Shown: piece by piece, positions 26,560-40,053 of the stretch
How the letters are laid out: each line of letters opens with the position of its first letter
Numbering within the stretch: the stretch's first letter is position 1
DNA from: Lama guanicoe
Taxonomy: Eukaryota
DNA length: 64,000 nt
Direction of reading: 5' to 3'
Assembly (NCBI GenBank): GCA_013239625.1
Contig: MU055928.1
Coordinates: 2,606,499-2,670,498, forward strand
Translations under genes and position numbers: made by a program
The notes under the pieces: model-generated
Told to the model about the DNA's origin: nothing
What the model saw: only the letters and a program-made list of their open reading frames with translations
The model's database searches: none

Positions 26560-29023
26560 GTAAGCAACTTCCCTTGGAACCTTGAGCATTCCCTTTTAAG
26601 ACCATAAACAGGCTTATCCCAAAATCACCTCCTAGCTGGACTGGGCATCTCCATTCCAAGAGAAATCTTGCTGATTCTGTGGATCTTTCCTTTCTGCTTC
26701 AGAGTCAAAAGAGCCAATTGTGCCCTTTCTGCCTGTTATGATCTTGGTTGTTGGTTCTGAAGAATGATACTGATCAATCCATCACTTCACTGAATACTGT
26801 TATACTATTGCTGGACATTCTCCTTGTGGATAATTAGTACTATAAAAAGTCCACTCAAAAATGAATCCACATTTTTCAAAAAGGACAAAAATAACATAAA
26901 AGTGAGGGTGGGAAAGGCTGATTGGAATCTATAGAAACTAAAAATTATGACAAACTAAAAATTATGAAAAATTGTATTTATCTTGCATTTGACAAAATTA
27001 AATTAAAATAGCAATCATGCCATATTTTTAAATGAGCAAAGTATGAGATAAGTATGGGGCTTTTGGCACAATTTTTTGACAAAATTACATTATGGCACCA
27101 TTTAACAGCCCTCACTTTTTATTGACTTTCACAAAATATTCGAGTTTTTCACTTTTCCCAAGGTCTTTCTTCATCCTTTGATATTCCAGTTATTCTGTTG
27201 GGAAGTACCCATCACAACATCATCCTTGTTGATTTCTCTTCTTCTGCTGATAACTGGTAGGACTCTGCCAGGTCCTCAACGTCCACAGCTTTGAATGAAT
27301 GACAGTTGCTTTCTCTAAACTCACTTTCATTGCCTTCAGGAAGTCCTGTATCTTTCCCAAGATTTCTAGTTTTCCTTGGGGATCTATTTATATTATATTC
27401 TCATTACATGTTTATCATATATGACAATCACTGATGTTAATGAAATGTCTGGGGATTGGTGCTCTTGATAACTTGAGAGGGATGTTTAAGGGAAGACTAA
27501 TTTTAAATTTCCTTAGTTACTATTTTTGTATTTCCCTGGAATCTCCAATAACAAATACTTAGTTAAAGAGGGTCCTTAGGTGCTTTGAGGAATATAAGAG
27601 CAAGGAATAAGTAACCCTGCCTTAAGGGAGGCAAGACAAATACACATGAATTGGCAGTACAGACGCACTGAGTTGTAGCCTACCAACTCCTTGAGGTCAG
27701 GGATATGGGTGTTCAGCATGGTGACCACTGTGCCTGCAACACAGCTCGTGCTTAACAACACTTCTCTATGATTACAAAGCACCCTTCAGATGAGAAAAAG
27801 GAAACTTCCAGCCAGAATAGCCAGAAAGGCCTTTGAGGAGGTAGAATTTGAACTGGGCTTATAAGATAAGATTTAGGTAGGGGGAAGTAAGGGGAAAACA
27901 TGGTACTCAAAGGAAAGGGCCTATGTCTCGCAGCAAATTCTTCACCTCTGAAGGCCATACTATGCCTTCCTGTAAGCATTTTGTACCAATTTTTCACTAC
28001 TCTAAGCCTCATCCCTTGTTAGTCTTTAAGGGATCTCTTGAAAGGACCCCACTGACTCGTCAAAGTTCAAAACATTTATATGATTTATTCACAATCCCTC
28101 TTTTCTGTTTAAACATTTTTTTCACTGGAACAAGAAGCTAAACAATAGGAATATTCCTCTATGGGTAGAAAATGAAGTGAGTGGAAATATTAGAGTCATG
28201 TATTTGTCAAATGAATGAAGGCACAGATACAAATACACATGCATTTATTCATCTGCTCCTGGACTATTTAGACTAGAAGAAGCCTTCAACATCTAGCACA
28301 ATGTTACCCACAGGGTGGTGACCATTCCATTGTTAGTATCTGGACTGATTTGAGACAGTATATGAATGAACTTTTTAAAATATAGTTATTATACCCTTTC
28401 ACATATACTAGAAAAATATGCACACTCACATGAATCTAGCGATTATTTTTAAATTTTAAAAGTGAATCAAATTAAAGAAAAAATATTAGTGCTAGTACAG
28501 GTGCCATATGAATCAAAGTAATCATTAATACTATAGCACTCATTATATAGCAGCCATCGTTCCAAGGGCTTTGCATATATTAACTTATTTAACCCTCACA
28601 ACATCTCCATTTTACAGATGAAGAAACTGAGGCCCTTGACTGAGGCCACACAGTTAGAATATAGCAAAACCAAATTAGAACTCAGGTGGTGTGGTCCAGA
28701 GTCCACGATCACAGCAACTGTACTAAAAATATGGTATAAAAATGAAATATATCAGAGTTTGAGAAACACTGACATGGTCCACCACTTCCCCACTTCTCCC
28801 TCTCTCAATTTTATAGAAAAGTAAACTGGACCTCCAAGAGGTTAAGTACCATGCTCAAGGTCAACAGGAATAACACAAAGTTATGCACAGGGCTAATTAC
28901 TACAATCCAGAAGCTCCAGGCTCAGACCTGGGGCTCCTACCTTCCCACCAGAGTGCCTCTGAGCAGACCTTCCTATTTGCTCAAAGTGTTTGATATGCAG
29001 TCTGTGCAGATTAACACATAACA

Positions 29024-29183
29024 TCAGAGCTGGCTTCACGGGTGGATGACCTGTGCAGTCACACAGGGCCTCACATCTGGTTTGATGCTCTGCGCTGTCT
29101 TCGTGAATCCCCAACAGTTTTTTAACAAGAGGCCCCATGGTTTCCTTTTACACTGGGACTCAAAAACTATGTAGTCAGTCTTG
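29024..29183 (+). mobile_element. MER45A-like hAT element
   Basis: cagagctggcttcacggg...gacctgtgcagtcacacagggcc...acactgggac...tatgtagtcagtcttg. Confidence 0.7.
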
Positions 29184-29769
29184 CATAATATCTACGTTTC
29201 TGGAGCACGAGATGAATTTTGCAAAAGTGGTGATGTGGCAGGGGCCCTTGCCTTTGGAGTCAGACAGCCCCAAGCTCAAATCACAGCTCTGCCACTTCCC
29301 TGTGACCTTGGGAAGTTCTCCTTAGTTAAGTGAACTCATCTGTAAAAATGCAGATAATTCTACTAACCTTGATCTGGTTGCTGTTTGGGGATTAAATAAG
29401 AAAGTATCGGGGAAAGCAATAAAAACTGTTTATTTCCTGCCTTTCTTTTAAAAATCTAAAATGATTCATTGTCCCTCAGACTAGCTATCACATGCCAAAG
29501 TACAGTGTGAACCTGTTCTGACTCAGGCTGCTTTCCCAGTTATCAGGCAGAAGAAAACTCCCAGAGAACCTTTTGTAATCTTGCCGATAGCACAGACTTC
29601 AAACCGGCTCTGATACAGAAACTGATACTCCCTCACGTGGGAGCACGCCACCCTGCAGCCTGAGCTGACCAGACAGAGGGCACTGGAGCCTGCAGTTCAA
29701 CAAGCACCCCGCCACCAGCTGCTAACTGCTCTGGTATCATGATCTTTGGTGTAGGAGTCAGTTTTGCTG

Positions 29770-30120
29770 GAACAAAGATTCTCAACCCTGACTACACGTC
29801 AGCATCACCTGAGTTGCTTCTGAAACGTTCTCTGCCCAGTATTCCCCAAGAGAGACATCCTGGTTCAATTTATCTGGCATGGCCAAGCACTGGGTAGTTT
29901 GAAAGCTCCCCTAGGTAATTTTAATGAGCAGCCAGATTTACAATGATCTAGAATGGTGGTTCTCAAACTGTGGTCCCAGACCAGCAGCATCAATATTACA
30001 TGGAAACAGTTAGAAAGACAATTTCAGAACTACAGACAGAATCAGAATCCCTGGGGGCAATTTAGGTTTTAACAAGCCCTCTGTAATTCTGATGCATGCT
30101 CAAACTTGACAGCCACTGAT
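29770..30120. mobile_element. Adjacent MER5B/MER5A elements
   Basis: ttctcaaccctgactacacgtcagcatcacc and gtggttctcaaactgtggtcccagaccagcagcatc...tttaacaagccctc...tgatgcatgctcaa. Confidence 0.7.
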
Positions 30121-33100
30121 CTAGAGAGAAGAATAAGAAGATATTAGCAAGCAGGGCAGATAATTTAACCACAAAACTCCCTATTTTGGCATATATAAAA
30201 TACATCCACCCCACAACTCCAAATTAGCTTACAAAATCTTTGATAATCTTATAGAATAAATATCCCATCACTATACTTTTGAGCTTCCAAAATGTCAGGT
30301 TTTTCTTTTTAATCTATTTATAACATAAATTTTCTGGGGAGAACAGCAGATTTCTAAATGGAGCTTTTTGTGAAACACCAGCTACTTTTTTTGTAAAGAT
30401 TTACACGGTTAGACTGAGTCATAACTTGATAACCTTCTAAGACACATTTCCCCCCAACCTCCTCTAAATGAATCTTAATCACAGCATTTTTGTAACAATG
30501 TTTTGCTAAGCTCTTGACCTTCAGAAGAGCACAACTCACAGATCAAAATGAGGCACAGTCCCAACAAGACTACCCAGCACTTGTTTCTCTTCCTTCAAAC
30601 AAGAGAAATAACACAAATGCCAAATGTTTAATAATCCCAACAAAATGAGCACAAAGCAGCCTTCATTTCCTTCTCTTAGATGATGCAGTTTTGTAAAAGA
30701 ACACCTCAATGGGCTGGGCAGAGTCTCAGGGAATATGAAACTAGCAGGGACCAGTGAGAATACTTCACGATGGTGTTTTCCAGTCATCTGCCAGGTCTAC
30801 TGGTCCCTGTGGGCCTTTACTGTAAATTAACCATCATTTAGACCAGTTCACAGGCACCCTTACCTTGGGTGCTGCCAAGTTTTCATCAGAATTTTTTCAG
30901 TCCCTCTGAGGAAAACAAATTATTGTTTATAGCTTTAGAGGACAGATAGGACTTGTGATTTGGGCAATGGATCTCATACATCCTACACCAAAACATAAAT
31001 ATCCCACAGAGAAGGCACACTTTATGGTCTATGCCTGAGTGCTCATCTGAAATCCTATTGGAAATTGACTCAAACAGCCATTGTGATGATAGGAAGAGGA
31101 GGGAGAGAAGGGGGCCACAAATTGAGACTGGAGAGGGCACCAAGACATGTTCCGTACCTAAGTTTGAAATTCTCCTTTTAGGAGACGAGAAAACAAGTGG
31201 CAGGTTCAACATCAAAGTCACACTTGGAAAAGTCACACTCAGAAAAATCATGGAGGCCAGGATGAGGGTGGCAACAGGGTCAGGGTGATTCCAAGAAGGA
31301 GGGGGGATGTCAGTGAACCCTGTGGAGGCTGCAGGCTGGCAGGGTGCTGGGATAGACAGGAAGATACCTGGGGAGGAGGGGGCAGAGTGACCCATGGCCC
31401 TGCACCCAGTGGCAGCTGAGAAGGAAGAGGGGCCCATCACAGTGAACGCCCTGGAGCAGGCATGTGTGGAGCACCCAGAAGAGAAAAGCCAGGAAAGAGT
31501 GGGCTATGGGCTTCCTGCCCTCAACATTACCTCTGCGAGATTCACCCACATTGTGCTTGTAGTTTTAGTTTCTTCATTCTCCTTGTGGTCTAGCCTTCTG
31601 CTGTGCCAATGTACCACAGTGGATTTATCCATTCTGGTGTCCATGGACATTTAGCATGTGTCCAGTACGAACAGAGCAGCTATCAGCATTCTTGTACATG
31701 TTTTTGGTGGACACACAAACACATTACCCTTGGGCTTCTGTTGAGCTAGAAGTGGGATTGCTAGACTTTTTCATATTCTTTAACAGGACTGCATTCTGTC
31801 TTACAGGCATTATACTCCTCAAATAAAATAAGGGTCGCCAGGTCCATTTTGCAGATGGGAAACTGTGGCATAGAGAAGGTGACTTTATGTTAGATCAGCT
31901 GCAGGGCCAGGAAAGAAGCTCCCCTGGTCCCCATTCCATCCTGAGCCTGCTCTTCCTGGCCACGCCGTATTAAACAAACCTTAATGTTATTACAATCAAC
32001 AGGGCTTGTGGTGGTATCTAAAAAATAACCAGCAGAGTGGGAGTTGGTGGGGATTGTGCTGGAAGGGAGGCTACCTTCTCATTACCGTCCAGTCTTCATT
32101 TCTGCATAAGCAAGTGTCTGTTTTGGAAAGTTGATCCCAGAGTAGTAAAAATAAAAAATAAATTTAAAAAAACCTCTGGACATAACAAAGTGCCTCAGTT
32201 ATCTGCAGCGGGCAGGGCTTCCTGCTGGAAAGCACGCCCCAGGAAGAGACAGCTCCACCCAGCCGGAGGTCAGGTGGCCCACCTCTTCTGGCCCAGCTGC
32301 CCTGAGCGTGGAGCCGTGGGCAGAGGACAGAAAGCTCCTGGGGGACTCTAGAGATCAGGAACCTGCTTCACAACCTGAGCTTGTGCCTGCAGGGTTGGAA
32401 ATTTGTCAAGCACCAGGTCACCCAGCCTCTTTTCCGAACTGAATTTTTATTCGAGGATTTTTCCCATATGATCTAGAGGGCCACTACCCTACCCCTCTCA
32501 CTTATAGGTTTGAGGTCTTTTGCTTAATTTGCACAGGATGCACCAACACCGGGGGAATAAGTAGGCATTTTTCCAGCTGATGCTGGGGAGCCTGGCATTG
32601 AAGGCAGCTTGGCAACCTTAAACCCTCCCCAGAGGCCACTGGGTGGGATGGGAGCAGCCCTCCATTTAGACTCCAGAGATGTGAGTTCCAGTGCCATTTT
32701 TATCACTGGTGTTAGGTGCAGTTCTTAACTTCTCTGGGATGATGGACGAGAAAGTACGTTTCTATAAAGGGCTTTCCAATCACAAGGTGTTCTGTCACAT
32801 AAAGAAAGCCCATTCAATTGCTGAAGGCATGATTCTTCATCTTATCTAACCCAAACCTCTCACAGGCACATTCTCCACTGAAGAACTTTGGCCTGGAAAA
32901 GAAGCCAGGGCCTCCCTTTGAATATTTCCCTTGAATGCAAACAGCCTCTCACGTGACTCATGGCCATTAGCAGGTGCCCAGTCAAGCCATGTTGGTTGTT
33001 AAAATATTGAAACACTTCTGTGCCTGCTGCTAACTAGTTGCTGCCTTGACTGTCCCCTACTGTTCATGGTCCATCAAGTAAAAAAATCACTCCAGTCCAG

Positions 33101-33974
33101 CAGGGGGGCCTCCATGACCCTGCTCAGCACAAAAGCTGATTCCTGTTTGATTTTTAACATCATACTTGACTTTAAGTTTTAAAACATCAGATGTGTAACT
33201 ACAAAACAGTGGATCTAAGTTTTTAAGGAATAGGAGAATTAAATAATCAAACAGAACAAATAATATTATTTACCAATTAGCCATCTTATTCTTGAGGCTT
33301 ATTCTTGACTTCTGGCTTATGCCAGAAGTAAGTCCACTCTCAAAAGATAAAACTTTACCATCTGTAAGGGTTTACAAAAGATATGGTGCCAATCCCAGTG
33401 ACAACCTAAATACAGGGTCCAAAAACTATTTCAAGCAATGATAGCATCGCTGGAATAAGTGTATAGCCTCAAAAGGTGAAGAGTTTATCTCCACCTGTAT
33501 AAAATTCAGGGAAATTTTAATGCTGCTGGATACCAGATGATATTAAGGAATCATTATTTGTTTTTAGATGTGATAATGATACTAAGTTTTTTAAAGGGGT
33601 CTACTTTAGAGTTAGATACTAAAATATTTACAGATGAAACAGGATGCAAGGGATTTATTTCAAAATGAGCTAAAGAGAAAGGGGCAGGGGAGGGGGCGAG
33701 TGATGAGTAGAGGGCCTTCTTTATTCAAGTGTCTCCACCTCTGTAAGTTTTGAATTTTTCAAAAGTAAATTCAAGCAAAATTGTTTCTGATCAATCTCTA
33801 CCTCACAGCCACCCCTGGTAGATGGGAGAAATAACAGCTGGAAGTACCCTGGATTAGGACATGGAGGGACCCAGAAGGGTTTTAACTGTGGCTGTGGAAA
33901 ATTCTGTATTTTGTCCTGTGCCCCAAGTTTCCTGCCTGTGTAATGCATATAATCATAACCTCCCCCACCCCCCA

Positions 33975-33998
33975 ACACACACACACACACACACACAC
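33975..33998. repeat. (AC)12 microsatellite
   Basis: Direct reading of the sequence. Confidence 0.95.
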
Positions 33999-36009
33999 CA
34001 TTCCCAAACAGGCTAGGAGGAGTCTAAACAAAATAACATCTGTAGAACATTTTGGGAGAAAGGTACGACATAATGATGTGATGCATCATCCTAGGACCTC
34101 AGCACCAGAGGCGTTGGGTGAAGTCTAGTTCAGATGATTCAGGATTCCCAGAATCCCCACAGATTTTTCAGAAACTACCTCATGCTAGTTCTTTAAGCCA
34201 ACTGAAAAAAGTAGCAGAAACAAAACACCCTGCTTCTACACAGCAGGCTTTTAGCGGCTCTGTTTACTCCTCTGACACAAAGCCCTTGTTGATGTGCGAC
34301 AGATGGTAATACATGTTTCTCTCTCTTCTCTCTCTCTCCTCTGCTTCCCTCCCTCCCTTCATTTGTTCCCCTGTTTCTTTGTCCCCTTCCATTTTCCCTT
34401 GTCTCCAATTCTCCTCTGCCACACACCACTTTCCTGAGTTGACTCAAAGGCCAGCAAGAGGGATGAAGGCAGACAGGATGTCAAGACCCAGGAGCTGCGT
34501 TTGTCTGGCCGACGACCCATTCTGTCAGGCTGCAGGCACACAGTTCCTCCTTGGCTCATAGCACTCGTATTTGAAATGCATTTTTGAAGACAGAATAACA
34601 CACCTTTGAAACTGTAGGGGGCTCGGAGCAAACATTAAAACGCCCATAAATATTTATGTGGCAGTTTTCCACGGACTGCTTTCCCAAAGTAATCACAGTC
34701 GACACATTTGTGCACAGACACATATACACACATACACACACACACGCACATACTCGTGCTCCTTTCAGGCCCAGCCACTCCAAAAATAAGACCTAACCTC
34801 ATACTGAATGTTTTCTGCACTAGGCACAGTTCATGGCCCAGCCGGGGCAGGGGCGCGGTGGAGGGTTGGACGTGCTAGAGCCTTTCCTCTGTCCACACGG
34901 AATGCTGGGGTTGCCCTTCTCAGAGCCACTCAAGCGACTTAGTCTTTCCCAGCTTCCATTTCTTCTTCTGTAAAATGAAGGTATTCAGATAGATAAAATG
35001 ACAGAGGCTCTTTTTCAGCTCTAAATAGCAATTATTATATGCATAATCACACCAAAGGCTCTCAGAGAATTCCCATAAATCAATCTACCTCATACCCCAA
35101 TACCTGGTCGGGGCAGAGGAAGGTTTGTCAGAACAGACGTCAAAGCAGTGCTTGAATGATGACCTGTGTAGTACAGAGGAGAGAAGTTAGGGACAAGGGG
35201 GAAAGAAGAAAATGGTATTAAGCTTAGTAGGGAAATAAGTCTTATAAATAGGGTCTGAGAAGGAGATCAAAGAGGAAAGAACTGATATAATAGACACCAA
35301 GCAGGAAGAGGAGGCAAGCTTTGGCACCTGCCTGGATGTCTAGGAGAAAAGCCAGCAAGAAAGAAAACCTGGGCAAATGGAGGTGTGTGCCTGATGATAA
35401 ACTTGGTCTTCTGAAATTTATTCTCAGATCTTAAATGTGCTTCCAACAGAGGCATTCTCCAAGAAGCAGCATACTGGCCCTTTTAGAAGAGACCTTAATT
35501 TGGTGCCTTGTTCTATACAAGGATAATAACTATGCGCTGTGGCCACTCCCCACCCCCAGACAAGAAAGAGTAGATCTATAGTCAGAAAAATGAAGTTGCT
35601 ATTTGAGAAGTAATAGCTACATCTGCAAATGATTAACTCCAGGATTTACTACCAATTAGAACTATAAATCTCTGCTTACTTTGGCTCCTGGAAAGTTGAT
35701 TTCACAGGGGGAAGGGGGAGGGGAGAGAGTCATTTGAGACAAGGAGGGAGAAATCCAAGCTTAAAAAGACACACTTCACATTCAAAAGGGAGCAGGATCC
35801 CTCAAGCACCAGAGCAGAAAGCAAGCTTCACCTTGTGGTTCTAAGCGAACAGCCCGGCAGATGCCCGCAAGGTTCGCAAAGCCGCCCAAGAGGACATTGG
35901 GGCGTGGAAGGAGGGTGCATAACCCAGGGGCCCCCAGGGGCCCGGCCACGATATGGCCAGAGTTGGCGGCAGAGCACATGCATCAAGAGCTTTAACGTTC
36001 CTGATCTCA

Positions 36010-36186
36010 GGGATTCTCAGCCTTGGCTGACCACTGTAGTCACCTGTGAAGCTTTAAAAATGCCTATGTTTGGGTCACACTGCAGAGTAATTAAATCCGA
36101 CTCTCCAGGCAGGAGGCTCAGGTATCAGGATTGTTCCAAAACTTCCCAGGTGACCTTCCAGGTGCAGCTAGAGTTGAGAACCACTG
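36010..36186. mobile_element. MER5B-like element
   Basis: cagggattctcagccttggctg...cccaggtgac...gagttgagaaccactg. Confidence 0.65.
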
Positions 36187-37330
36187 CTTGTCTCATTTCC
36201 TCCTCACAGCAAACCCATGGTATAGGTTCAATACTCTCATGGTTTCATAGAAGAGAAAGCTGAGGCACAAAGAGGCTCAGTAGCTGGTCCAGGGTTACAC
36301 AGCTCATAGCGGTGGAGGCAGGATTTAAACCCAGAGCTCACTCTTAACTCTCATGCCTCCTGTCCTCCAAGGCTACAGTTCTGTGTTCGAGGCCCTGAGT
36401 TCTCAGTGTTCCAGGCCCTGAGCCTTCATGGGTTTTTCAAGGTAGAAAATGGGGTCTCAAACTATTTTCATTTTTTTCCTAAAAATTCTAATAGAAATGG
36501 AATATTGGTCTACATTAATGCGATATATTTAACTAGGCAGGCAGGTTTCTTTCCTTTTCTGGGAATGACATCAAAACAAGGCGGCTGCACTGGACTTTTC
36601 ACGCTCATCAGGAGTTCTCATTCATTCATTCAACAAACATGAAGTGCCAATTTTCTGCAGTCTATAAGATAGAATCACACAATAGATGTTCTAAGGGCCA
36701 TAACAGTGACATGCACTAGACACTCTGAAAGTCCACAAAAGAAAGTGGACAGCTCTGAACAGCAGTTATGTATTATGACACTGGTAAGTGAAAAATGGCA
36801 AAGTAAATTGTAGGGCAATATATGCATGTTGCTAAGTGGTGAAATAAAAGATGGAGTCCCTAAGTAGAGGTGTGGGATAATAATGCTATGAGAAGGTTGA
36901 ATACACTGTCAGTGACCCATAACTATTTAACCCAGTGTAGAAAATGCAAATTCCTGTCTGGCACCTACGTGACTATAGTGAGCTGGATGTCAAATAGGAG
37001 GTGGGGACAGTAGAGACCTCAAGAGCCCATATCCTGTCTAAAGAGGCAGTCAGTTCTCACCTCCAGCCAAAAGTCTCCAGATAGGAATATGGGTGCAGTG
37101 TTGTCAGACCTTCTGACTTTTTTAGGGGAAGCTGTAAATATGGGTTGCTTAATGCAAGATCTCCCAATTTTTAAATGGCATCTAATTTGAGTCTTTTCAA
37201 AACACTGTAGACCGAAGAAAACACATCCACCACCAGCTCTGCCTTCACCATCAAGAGTGACCTCCTTGCTTGTCCCATAGATCCCAAAGCAACTGCTTAT
37301 TCACCTGTGCCTCCCCCTCCCTCGCTGCAG

Positions 37331-37653
37331 GTATGCTCATTTATTTTGGATACGGCATCTGGAACAGCACCCTGGAAATCAGCGCCCGAGAAGCAGCCCT
37401 GCACCAAAGCATGTACCAGCGCTACGACGTGGACGACCCCTTCTCGGTGGAGGAGGGTTTCTCCTACGCCACAGAGGGCGAGAGCCAGGAGAACTGGGGC
37501 GGGCCAGCGGAAGACAAAGGCTTCTATTACCAGCAAATGTCAGATGCGCAGGCAAACACCCGGACAAGCAGCAAAGCAAAGAGCAAAAGCAAACACAGAC
37601 ACAACTCAGAGGCCCTGATTGCAAACGATGAGTTAGACTGCTCTCCAGAGTAG
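37331..37653 (+). CDS. SLC7A14: SLC7A14 terminal exon 8, coding part, 323 bp including TAG
   Basis: Acceptor ccctcgctgcag. Encodes (G)MLIYFGYGIWNSTLEISARE...ALIANDELDCSPE* with TAG at 37651-37653. Exon lengths fit a 771-aa protein if the upstream coding exon, which lies outside the window, supplies 304 nt. Confidence 0.97.
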
Positions 37654-39904
37654 GCGAGAACATGCAAGAAATGTGTAGAAATGATGATGATTTATTTCCA
37701 GTAACTTAACCTGTGGGCTAGAAGGTGGAAACTTCTTGGGCTCTCATTTCAAAAATCCAGCCGTCCCCAAAGTTAGTCCCCAGTCATAGCCTGTCATTTG
37801 CCACCTCTGCTCTTCAGGACAGTTCTGTCGAAGGGTTTAACCAGGGTCCCATACTGGTCCCCTTGTTAAAAAAAATTAAACAAGACGCTACAAGAAATTC
37901 TATCTTAGGTGCAACCATCAGAGCTGATGGCAGCAAATGTTTCCCAGGCCTTTGCTTTGCTGGTTGAATCTTTTTGGCTTCTTACTATGACCCCAAGAAG
38001 CAGGGTCTTGGGCCACACTGAGGCTGCAGCTACTCCTGGAGTTGTGCCGAAGCAGGTGGGGGGGTGGGCACAAGGCAGCATTTCAACCACCTGAGACCAT
38101 GAGGGCACAGCTCTATTCTCAGTATGCTAGGCTGAGAGTCATTCCCCAAAGCCAGGTGGCATTTGGCACTTCCTCAGCTAAGCAGGCAACATTTTGTCCT
38201 GAAATCTCACAAAAACAAATTCAATGAGATGCATACTTCTTTTTATGCGCCAAGGTTCTCATGGGTCACCAAACCAGAACTTTAGGATGTGGCAAAGGTC
38301 AGGGACTCTGAGACCAGGACCCTAAAGACTTCAGACTCACTGTAAAGCAGTCATGCAGACCCAATAATATGGTAAGAAGCACCATCAACGCTCTACCTAA
38401 ATGCCCAGAAAAAACCTAAATAACCATCTCTTACAGTGAAGACCAGAAGGGCACTGGCAGAAATTAACGCTCTGTCATGACTTCTCTTACCCAGACTCTA
38501 AGCTCCTGCTGATACGATGAAGGATGGCAAAGTGGGAGCATGATTTCATGGCACTAATACGCCTTGAAGAAGTAGGCTGTTTGTTCTATGATCAGATAAA
38601 AAATTTTACAAGGAGAAGTGACCCAGCCACTGAGATCACATTGCAAATTCTATTGCAGATTTCTAAAATTATACATTCTGTATTTTTTTTTAGATAAAGC
38701 AACCACTTGATTGGTGGGTGCTACTCTGAAAACAAAACTGTTGAAGCACAGCTACTTAGGTAATTGCATTCCATGAGATCGCATTTCACTTCTGAACTTT
38801 GTTTACCTGGAGTAGCTCTCTTTCAGACATGTATCTTTCCTACTATTTCCCAGAGCAGTTTCACTGAAATCCAGAGAAAAATCTACCTGGTAAGGTCTAA
38901 ATTTGGGCCAAATACCCACACGTATTTTCTCAGAAACAAGTCAGAAGAGAAAATCTGCAACAAGAGAAAACATATGGTCTGTGCATTATAGTCTTCGGTT
39001 ACAGGGATTCCAACACTGCCCTGAGATGTGTATGCATGTATGTGAAGGCACAATGTGGATCAAGCTAAAATATTTATAAGAATTTCCTAAAAGGGGATCA
39101 AAATAGCAGAATCTTTGCTCTGTCTGTCTACTGGATCTAGCATTATCCGAAAAATTTTCCAGGAGATCAACTAATGTTTAAGTCTACTCTTTCTTAAAGG
39201 TTGAAGTTTGTACCATCTTGGCATGCTTTGGAATTATAGAGGAGGTAAACTTTTTTTATGAAACTAACACTGATCAAGAATGTACCAAGTCCTAAGTGAT
39301 GGGAAAAAAAAGAAATGTAACATCTAAACCCTGGAGGCTCACAGCCCCACGATGTTGAATGTAGATAAACCAAGCCTTCCACTGTATCAGCTGTTAAGAA
39401 CTCTGGTTTCCTGAGGTCATTTTGTCATTTTAATGTAATGCTTGGCAATGGCGTGTTTTCTCTTCCCTAAACTTAACCATAAAGATACAGCACCTGGTGT
39501 GTGAAATATATCCTTGGGGACTGAATTAGTTATCAGCAATTTTTGTAAAAACAAAGTTCTGAACTGGTCTTAGGACTCTACAAATCTGCCTAGTTTAAAT
39601 ACAATCTCTTAAACTTGAGATACATTCAGATAGATGGGGTGGGGCTATATTCATTAAAAGTGTTCAAAAGGAAAGATGAATGCAAAATAACAAAATCTTA
39701 AAGTGAGTGAAAGAGCTTCCTTTCACTAGTGAGATGCAGGTATTAGAGTAACAATTGTCTGGTGGGAGAGGTATGAGGTTTCTGTAGCCCAAGAAGAGAG
39801 AACACATGCTTTGGTTAACCCTACTGGTATTAATTTCATGAAGATCCTCTCTATAACTACTCTCATTTTTGGAGTCATTTCTCAAATAACATCTCCATAT
39901 TTTT

Positions 39905-40053
39905 AAAATAACTTAGTTTTATTTTATTTTATTTTTGGAAGGGAGGTAATTAGGTTTACTTATTTATTTTTTTTAGAGGAGGTACTGGAATTGAACCCAG
40001 GACCTCATGCATGTTAAGCATGCGCTCTATCATTTGAGCTACATACTCCCCAG
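39905..40053 (-). mobile_element. Vic-1-like SINE in the SLC7A14 3'UTR (antisense)
   Basis: Reverse complement of the same tRNA-like head (ttgaacccaggacctcatgcatgttaagcatgcgctctatcatttgagct). TSD catctc(c/t)atatttt on both sides. Confidence 0.88.

Noticed and set aside
27050..27440. Possible Tigger transposase remnant on the - strand (...EDLAE...)
   Set aside because: The similarity is too weak to call by eye and needs a Dfam search.
30886..31530. Possible processed pseudogene (184-aa minus ORF)
   Set aside because: No protein family recognised, and no poly(A) or TSD seen. More likely an old repeat remnant.
37651..37660. Stop-codon readthrough of SLC7A14
   Set aside because: The TAG-GCG context does not match known readthrough motifs such as TGA-CTAG.
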